The position numbers and the translations under genes were made by a program. A DNA stretch of 64,000 nt. Source: an uncultured Collinsella sp. (GTDB taxonomy: Bacteria > Actinomycetota > Coriobacteriia > Coriobacteriales > Coriobacteriaceae). The stretch spans positions 5,300 through 69,299 of the forward strand of contig USHA01000001.1 of the NCBI GenBank assembly GCA_900554325.1. The letters run 5' to 3'. Positions 57,573-64,000 of the stretch are shown piece after piece; within the stretch, counting starts at the first letter, position 1; each line of letters starts with the position of its first letter. The notes under the pieces are model-generated. The model did not search any database. It saw nothing but the letters and a program-made list of their open reading frames with translations, and was not told the origin of the DNA.

Positions 57573-58229
57573 CTAGCCTCTGGGTGAGATGTTTAGGTTC
57601 GGCGACTTACCGTATACAACAGAGCCGTCGGGAACGCTCTCGTCCCTCACGACGGCGCCCTCTCCGATTAGGCAGCCGTCACCGATGCGCGAGTCTCCAA
57701 GCACTTTGCTGCCGGCGCACATCTGCACGTCACGCCCGATGACGGGATAAATCTCATTGAGGTTTCCGACCGTGCAGCCCTGTGTGAACGAGAACCCCTC
57801 GCCGTAGGAGGCGCGCCCCATGAAAGAGCCGGTCGGGTGGTCGAAGGCGAAGGTCTCGGGCATCTCCACCTCGTAGTACAGGTCGCAACCGGATACCGCC
57901 TTCATCTGGCCGTATATCTTGTCACAGACAACGCGGGCGGCCTCGGAGTTGTCCCTTTCCTCGCGATAGATGGTGTTCGCGGTGAGGTACAGGAACAGGG
58001 CCCATTGACAGGTATGCAGGGGATCGAAGTAGGCCTCGCGCTCCCCCGCCGCGTTGAGCTTCCAGTAATACTTGTTGTCGTTGGCCGAGATGTTGCGCTC
58101 AAGCCTCTCCAGCGTGCGCTCCATATGCTTGGTGATCAGGCGCTCGTCCTCGATGGACTTGAAGAAATTGTTGCCGATCTGGTTGAGCAGCATGTCCTTG
58201 ACGTCTCGCAGCGGGAATCGGTAAATCAT
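57573..58229 (-). CDS. Hexapeptide-repeat acyltransferase (paralog)
   Basis: FDPLHTCQW, FDHPTGSFMGRA, QGCTVG. Confidence 0.8.
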   Translation of the reverse strand: MIYRFPLRDVKDMLLNQIGNNFFKSIEDERLITKHMERTLERLERNISANDNKYYWKLNAAGEREAYFDPLHTCQWALFLYLTANTIYREERDNSEAARVVCDKIYGQMKAVSGCDLYYEVEMPETFAFDHPTGSFMGRASYGEGFSFTQGCTVGNLNEIYPVIGRDVQMCAGSKVLGDSRIGDGCLIGEGAVVRDESVPDGSVVYGKSPNLNISPRG

Positions 58230-58240
58230 CTTGCCCTCCT

Positions 58241-59287
58241 TCAGATATGGCGGATGCCGTCGAGCTCTTCACGGACGTAGTCGGCGGTCATGATCTTCTT
58301 CACGGTGCCCTCCACGTCCAGCCGATTCGTATTGTGGGAGGTGTAGGCCTCGTCGGCCATGGTCTGCGCATCGCGTCCGAGCTCGGCATTGTCGTAGTTC
58401 AGGCCGCGGATGTCCGCCGCGACGCGATAGTAGCCGCCCATGTCTTCCGATCTCAGGCGCTCCTCGCGCGTCATGAGCGTCTCGAACAGCTTCTCGCCGT
58501 GGCGCGGGCCGATGATGCTCGTCCCCGTGTCGCCGAACAGCTTCTGGACCGCCTTTGCCAGGTCTCCGATGGTGCTCGCGTCTGCCTTCTGGATGAACAG
58601 GTCACCGGGGTTTGCATGCTCGAATGCGAACTTCACGAGGTCGACGGCCTCATCGAGGTTCATCAGGAAGCGGGTCATGCTCGGATCCGTAATGGTGATA
58701 GGGTTACCGGCGCGGATCTGGTCGATGAAGAGCGGGATGACAGAACCGCGCGAGCACATGACGTTGCCGTAGCGGGTGCAGCAGACGACCGTGCCGCCCT
58801 TCTCCGCCGACCTACGGGCGTTAGCGAAGATGACGCTCTCCATGAGGGCCTTGGATTTCCCCATGGCGTTGATGGGGTAGGCCGCCTTGTCCGTTGAAAG
58901 GCAGACGACGCGCTTGACACCGGCGTCCGAGGCGGCGTGAAGGACGTTGTCCGTGCCCTCAATGTTGGTACGGACGGCCTCCATGGGGAAGAACTCGCAT
59001 GAGGGGACCTGCTTCAAGGCAGCAGCATGAAAGATGTAATCCACCCCGTGCATCGCGTCGCGGACCGACTGGATGTTGCGAACGTCGCCGATGTGGAACT
59101 TCACTTTGGCGACGTGGTCCGGGTAGCGAGCTTGGAGCTCGTGCCGCATGTCGTCCTGCTTCTTCTCATCACGGGAAAAGATGCGAATCTCCCCCACGTC
59201 GGAAGTCAGGAAATGCTTAAGGACGGTGTTTCCAAAGGAACCAGTCCCTCCCGTGATCATTAGAGTTGAACCGTTGAATGTTGACAT
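58241..59287 (-). CDS. UDP-GlcNAc 4,6-dehydratase/5-epimerase (FnlA/CapE/PseB family)
   Basis: TGGTGSFG, SRDEKKQ, HAAALKQVPSCEFFP, STDKA, RYGNVMCSRGSV. Confidence 0.9.
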   Translation of the reverse strand: MSTFNGSTLMITGGTGSFGNTVLKHFLTSDVGEIRIFSRDEKKQDDMRHELQARYPDHVAKVKFHIGDVRNIQSVRDAMHGVDYIFHAAALKQVPSCEFFPMEAVRTNIEGTDNVLHAASDAGVKRVVCLSTDKAAYPINAMGKSKALMESVIFANARRSAEKGGTVVCCTRYGNVMCSRGSVIPLFIDQIRAGNPITITDPSMTRFLMNLDEAVDLVKFAFEHANPGDLFIQKADASTIGDLAKAVQKLFGDTGTSIIGPRHGEKLFETLMTREERLRSEDMGGYYRVAADIRGLNYDNAELGRDAQTMADEAYTSHNTNRLDVEGTVKKIMTADYVREELDGIRHI

Positions 59288-59349
59288 GAGGCTACTATCC
59301 TTTCCATAAGTAACTGACCGGTAATTAATTGAAGGGACTAGCGGATACC

Positions 59350-60801
59350 TCAGCGCCCACCACCTGCGAGTTTGCGCATGAGTGAAACCGCTTCGGAGAG
59401 CTCCTTAAACTTGAAGAGCCTTGCTCCACCCAGGTAAACAAGGGAAAATGCGATACACTGGGCAAAAAGCTCGGGCACGTAGTCCAAGTTCAAAAGACGA
59501 ACGCCGAGCCCTGCCGCGGCAGCAGCAAATGAGAGGCCGAGTATCGGCAGGACATCCTTGATCTGGCACAGAGCCGAGTAGCCGTGCAGTCGTTTTGCGG
59601 GCACGGCGTCAACAAAGAGGATTGAGAGGATGCCCACAAAGAAGTTCGCCCAAGCCGTCGCGTAGATATCATGAGTGAGGGCGGCGGTGATCCAGATGAT
59701 CGCGCCTCCGCCTAGTACCTTGATGATCTGGAGGCGCATATAGAGCGAGCTGTCACCCAATGCCATATATGCGCGCAGATTGACAAGCTGAAGCATCAGT
59801 ATCGCGTTCGAGATGCAAGTCAGCTGAAAAATGGGCACGCACGCAAGCCATTTCCCGGACAAGAGGATGACGACGAGCGGCTCCGCCGCGACGGCGACCA
59901 ACAGGGATATGGGAGCAACGATAAACGTGCCAAGAGTGAGCCCACGGCGTATTGCATCGCGCAATGCTCCGACATCCCCCTTAATAGAAGAAAACATCGG
60001 AAAGAGCACGTTTGCGATGGCATTGCTCATCACACCGATAGCCGCTATGGGATACTTGCGGCCCTGGCTGTAAAGGCCAAGCTCCCCAGAAGAACAGGCG
60101 CGCCCAAGGACGAGCTCAGAAATGCCCGAGTAAAGGACATTCAGGATGCCGGTAATGCATATTTTCCAACCATATCCGAACAAATCCCTTGCCTCAGCAA
60201 CATCGAATAATAACTTTGGCTTCCAGCTAACTTGAGTCCACATGACAATGCAGATAAACACGCTTTGCAGCAGGGACTGTACAACAAGCGCCCAAACACC
60301 AAAACCGAAGAATGCGAGAGCGATACCACCAATGCCCGAGGCGAGCGCAGCGGCTGTCGTGGCGATGAATATTCCTTTGAAATTCATGGACCGCTGCAGA
60401 AATGAGCGCTGGATAGAGTTCGCTGAATTGAAGAAAACAATGAGCCCGAGCACACGAAGATACGTGATCAAGTCCGGCATATTGTAGAAAACGGCAATAG
60501 CGGGCGCACCGAGAAAAATGCCGACATAGAGCATTGCGGCAAGCCCGATGCTGAGCCACCATGCAGTGGAATAAGAACCGTCATTCGCGTCGCTCTTCTG
60601 GATTAGAGCCATTCCAAGGCCGCTCTGCGCGATGGAATCTGCAACTTGCGTCACAACGAGCAAGATAGCCAAGACACCGAATGCTTCTGGGGAAAGTAAG
60701 CGAGCAAGAATAATCTGGACAACCATTATGATTGCTTTGGAACCACCCTGCTCGAGGAAACTCCAGAGAAATGACGAAGTATTGCTCTTAGCGCTTGTCA
60801 T
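59350..60801 (-). CDS. wzx: Wzx polysaccharide flippase
   Basis: LARLLSPEAFG, SGLGMALIQ, about 12 TM segments. Confidence 0.88.
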   Translation of the reverse strand: MTSAKSNTSSFLWSFLEQGGSKAIIMVVQIILARLLSPEAFGVLAILLVVTQVADSIAQSGLGMALIQKSDANDGSYSTAWWLSIGLAAMLYVGIFLGAPAIAVFYNMPDLITYLRVLGLIVFFNSANSIQRSFLQRSMNFKGIFIATTAAALASGIGGIALAFFGFGVWALVVQSLLQSVFICIVMWTQVSWKPKLLFDVAEARDLFGYGWKICITGILNVLYSGISELVLGRACSSGELGLYSQGRKYPIAAIGVMSNAIANVLFPMFSSIKGDVGALRDAIRRGLTLGTFIVAPISLLVAVAAEPLVVILLSGKWLACVPIFQLTCISNAILMLQLVNLRAYMALGDSSLYMRLQIIKVLGGGAIIWITAALTHDIYATAWANFFVGILSILFVDAVPAKRLHGYSALCQIKDVLPILGLSFAAAAAGLGVRLLNLDYVPELFAQCIAFSLVYLGGARLFKFKELSEAVSLMRKLAGGGR

Positions 60802-62230
60802 TGACGCCCCCTGAGATCAGGCAATCGTTCACCTTGCTGTCACTAGAAGCAATCGAGGTGCCATATAAACCACGGCTAAACAAGATAAGAATCGTGATTG
60901 AAAGCAAAACGCTTAAATCAAAGAACGGCGACAGCAGAAGCATGCTTCGAAAGACGGCCCATGCCCTCCAGATAATGAAACAAGCGAGCGAAGAGAAGAC
61001 TTCTCGCCCATGTATAACTTTAATCATTAGATTAACCAGGCAGACGGTTCCGAAAGCAGTCAATACGCTGAAGCCAACCGTTCCAAATGGGCCAAAATAA
61101 TAATACATGCTTGGATAAGCAGCTTCGGTATATCTCGAACCTGATGACAGCTTTGAATCCACAAGGTCCGTAGGAGCGTTTAAATACATCATCTTATAGA
61201 TGCCATATCTATCACCACGGCATTCGCTGATAGACTTCTCACCAATAGCCAAACCATTCAATTCGTCCGAGAACTCATCTATGCCGTCACAAGGCGAATA
61301 GGTACTATACGTAGACCACCATAGCTGTCCTTGTTGTGCAGTCCTATTAAAGAAAAACTCGGAAGCGGTGTCTGAGGATGCTGCAAAGCTATGTGCGAAT
61401 ACCGACAATCCAAGCAATAACCCGAGAACAACAAAAGCCCCGATAAGAAGCTTGTATATAAACTTCCTACTAAAAGTCACTACTTTATCGTAGTAGACGA
61501 AAGTCGCCAGACTAAGTAACGAATAAAAGCCGCTGAATTTGATCCCAGTCCAAAACAGATATAAACAGAACACAAAGATTGCAAGCCACCCGCTCTTCCT
61601 GTAGCCAAAACGAACAGCGATGAGCGGAATGATGCAAAGAATCATCGAAGCGGAGTGGAGGTATCTCCAAATGCCTGATAAATACTGCGAAGAATAACTA
61701 AAACGATCGACTCCATGAATGAACGATGGGTTTGGCAAAGCATGCAAAAACATCATTACAATCATCAAGAGCACGCTAGCATGAAGCCATTTGAACCATT
61801 TCCACTCTTTGCGAACAGGAACTTCGGTTAATAATTTTTTATCATCTGCACCAAATGCCCCATCAAACCTATGCAAGCAGGACAGAAAGATAAAATAGTT
61901 CAGGATCAGAAGCGGTAAAGACCCTGAATAAAAGACAGTTTTGCGTAATTCTGGTAAGTACCCGCCAAGAAATTCGCACGAAAAGCAACCTGCTATAGCC
62001 GCGACTATACCAAACAGTACACTGAAGTATTTTATGAGAAAAGAAGGTGCGGCAATGCAAGTGTATACACCGAATAGCAAGAAGCCTATAAGGCTTGCAA
62101 GGGAGGCAATGGGGAAATCAGACAGTAGCGTTGTAATTAAAAAGAACAGACAAAACAATACAAGAGCGCTAGATGAAAGACCGGAATCCGCTCTCCGTAA
62201 TTCTACAGCCTTATTTGTCAAAGAAACCAT
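60788..62230 (-). CDS. Multi-TM protein, probable Wzy polymerase
   Basis: About 11 TMs, large loop with RTAQQGQLWW, position in cluster, low GC. Confidence 0.65.
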   Translation of the reverse strand: MVSLTNKAVELRRADSGLSSSALVLFCLFFLITTLLSDFPIASLASLIGFLLFGVYTCIAAPSFLIKYFSVLFGIVAAIAGCFSCEFLGGYLPELRKTVFYSGSLPLLILNYFIFLSCLHRFDGAFGADDKKLLTEVPVRKEWKWFKWLHASVLLMIVMMFLHALPNPSFIHGVDRFSYSSQYLSGIWRYLHSASMILCIIPLIAVRFGYRKSGWLAIFVFCLYLFWTGIKFSGFYSLLSLATFVYYDKVVTFSRKFIYKLLIGAFVVLGLLLGLSVFAHSFAASSDTASEFFFNRTAQQGQLWWSTYSTYSPCDGIDEFSDELNGLAIGEKSISECRGDRYGIYKMMYLNAPTDLVDSKLSSGSRYTEAAYPSMYYYFGPFGTVGFSVLTAFGTVCLVNLMIKVIHGREVFSSLACFIIWRAWAVFRSMLLLSPFFDLSVLLSITILILFSRGLYGTSIASSDSKVNDCLISGGVNDKR

Positions 62231-62246
62231 GTGTGTCCAATGCTGC

Positions 62247-63458
62247 TCAGTGAGCCCCTTTAAGGAAGAAGCAGAATTCGTCAACAGATTCGGGTGTCTC
62301 GTAGTAATCGCCAAAAAGCGAATCCATACTTCTGCAGAACAGAGCAAAGCCATCTGAGGCCTCGCCATCAGGTATTAACGCATTTAGGCTGATCCCACTG
62401 CAGCCAAAAACGGCAGATGCAGTAATCATCGCGGTGCTGCACAAACTCGCAATGCACAACGGCGGTTCATCTAAATCCCCTAGAATATCCTCCAGGGCAA
62501 CACCACGCCTTGAATCTATAAATGCGTCAAACCCATTGTATATTTCGAAATCGCTTTCCCTAGGATGAAGCTTGATTACCATCGGGACTCCCAAACGCCT
62601 TGATACCTGATATGCAGCATCAATGGCGCAACGATGAGCACCAAGCGAAATCGAACCTACTTCCACAAGTGGATATTGTGAGCAAAAAACGACAGCGTTT
62701 TTGTATTTGTCATTGTGCGAACTCAGTAAAAAACCAGCGCTCTTTGCATTCAATTCGAAGCTTTGTTTTACGAAAGCAGCATTGGTAGTAGATAGTGTTC
62801 CATCGCATTCGAAAAGATAGAACGACTCGTATCTTTTTTTCTCTTCTAATTCGGAAACTAATTTGGGAAGTTCATGCTGCTCATAGTTAAATAACCAATT
62901 GCGCATCAGTGCGCTGAACCCATGCAATCCACGGTCTCTTATGCTTTGCTTCGCCCAGTCCTCTGTAGTCGTAAGATACGATCCGACACCTTCATCGAGT
63001 AAAATGTAAGAAAGGCGACAATTAAGCTTTAAAGCAGAAAAGCTATCAAATATCGATCCCGGGAAAGATGGGTTTGCGACATAAACCAAGCGACCGCTTT
63101 CTTTTTTAGATTGCAAAAAGGGCAAAGCCAAGCGACATGCAAAAGCTTGAATCATGGAAGTCCAACCGCCGTCGCCGCGGTCGAGGTAGGCAACACTCAA
63201 TCCAGGTGCACTTACTTCAGCTGAAACTAAATAGCCATCCTTATTGTGGCGATCGATAAGGATGATTCCAGAATTAACTAAATGGTCCGCACGCAATTTA
63301 AGATAAGAAGCGACTGCCATCCTCACATGCCAAGGGGTGATGGCGACACCGACATAATCAAAGCCTCCGGATTTAATACAGGAAACGATGCTTCTTCGAT
63401 CCGGCTCAATGCCAAGGTACGCGGCACTTGCGTGTCCTCTGTTTCCCGTCAGTTGCAT
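62247..63458 (-). CDS. Probable nonulosonic acid (sialyl-type) glycosyltransferase
   Basis: DEG, KLHPRE and STA motifs typical of bacterial sialyltransferases. Confidence 0.7.
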   Translation of the reverse strand: MQLTGNRGHASAAYLGIEPDRRSIVSCIKSGGFDYVGVAITPWHVRMAVASYLKLRADHLVNSGIILIDRHNKDGYLVSAEVSAPGLSVAYLDRGDGGWTSMIQAFACRLALPFLQSKKESGRLVYVANPSFPGSIFDSFSALKLNCRLSYILLDEGVGSYLTTTEDWAKQSIRDRGLHGFSALMRNWLFNYEQHELPKLVSELEEKKRYESFYLFECDGTLSTTNAAFVKQSFELNAKSAGFLLSSHNDKYKNAVVFCSQYPLVEVGSISLGAHRCAIDAAYQVSRRLGVPMVIKLHPRESDFEIYNGFDAFIDSRRGVALEDILGDLDEPPLCIASLCSTAMITASAVFGCSGISLNALIPDGEASDGFALFCRSMDSLFGDYYETPESVDEFCFFLKGAH

Positions 63459-64000
63459 ACTTGTTCCTTAAGCTCATGCTCCCAATCGCGCGGTACAAAC
63501 CTTACTGATTCGATCTTCGCGAGGTCGAGCGCGGAACGCTCCGGCCTCGGGGCGATGGGCCCCTCGGCTCCGGCATAGTACTCGGAGGTCGTGACGGGCA
63601 CCACCTTGTCGCCGTTGCCGTTGGCGAGGTCGAACACGCGGGCAGCTATCTGCGCCCAGGACTCCACCGGGCCCGACCCGGTGAGGTTGTAGGTGCCGTG
63701 CGGCGCGGGTGCGGAGGGCTCGACGTCCCCCTCCCGGTAGCCGAGCAGCCAGAGGATCCCCTCGGCCATGTCGCGCGTGAAGGTGAGCCGGCCGTACTGG
63801 TCGTCGACCACGGTCACGCGCCCGAGGGCGTCGGCCGGGTCGGCCACGCGATCCGAGAGCCCCCTCATCGTCCGGACGAAGTTGCGGCCCTCGCCGATCA
63901 CCCAGCTGGAGCGCACGATGTAGTGGCGCGGGCAGCCGGCCACGGCGAGGTCGCCCGCGGCCTTGGACTGGCCGTAGACGGACAGCGGGCTGAAGGGCTC
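63449..64000 (-). CDS. rmlD: dTDP-4-dehydrorhamnose reductase (partial, runs off window)
   Basis: PLSVYGQSKAAG, VRSSWV, VVDDQYGRLT, APRP. Confidence 0.88.
   Translation of the reverse strand, partial: EPFSPLSVYGQSKAAGDLAVAGCPRHYIVRSSWVIGEGRNFVRTMRGLSDRVADPADALGRVTVVDDQYGRLTFTRDMAEGILWLLGYREGDVEPSAPAPHGTYNLTGSGPVESWAQIAARVFDLANGNGDKVVPVTTSEYYAGAEGPIAPRPERSALDLAKIESVRFVPRDWEHELKEQVCN

Overview
High-GC bacterial chromosome segment; gene content and style suggest a Collinsella-like Coriobacteriia gut actinobacterium (inference). Bases 1-30.4 kb are mostly housekeeping: GntR, GNAT, threonine aldolase, mfd, nth, lgt, NifU, HtrA, GlnR-like regulator with glnA, two YhgE/Pip genes, htpG, split transketolase, transaldolase, pstB-phoB-phoR and an orphan kinase. 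Bases 30.9-39.7 kb are a catabolic island (PTS EIIBC, GH1, M24 peptidase, two M81/MlrC peptidases, DeoR). Bases 40-49.4 kb are a defence/mobile island: a catalytically degenerate Dcd-fold protein with a 2TM protein and DUF1653, DUF4160/DUF2442, an Abi-like HEPN protein, IS256 and a DRT2-type reverse transcriptase. Bases 49.6-64 kb are a pseudaminic-acid-type surface polysaccharide cluster with a G12 tract inside an acyltransferase. Top finding: the ~300 nt upstream of the RT holds a 186-bp unit bounded by TGCCTA direct repeats (49185 and 49371). Concatenating it changes the TAG stop to TAT, giving an endless 62-aa-repeat ORF, and puts a -35 (TTGTAC) 18 nt before an extended -10 (TGgCATACT). 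This is a predicted hidden neo-like gene made by rolling-circle reverse transcription, with a jump motif and repeat length that differ from the characterised Klebsiella DRT2. All family calls are from motif recognition; no searches were run.
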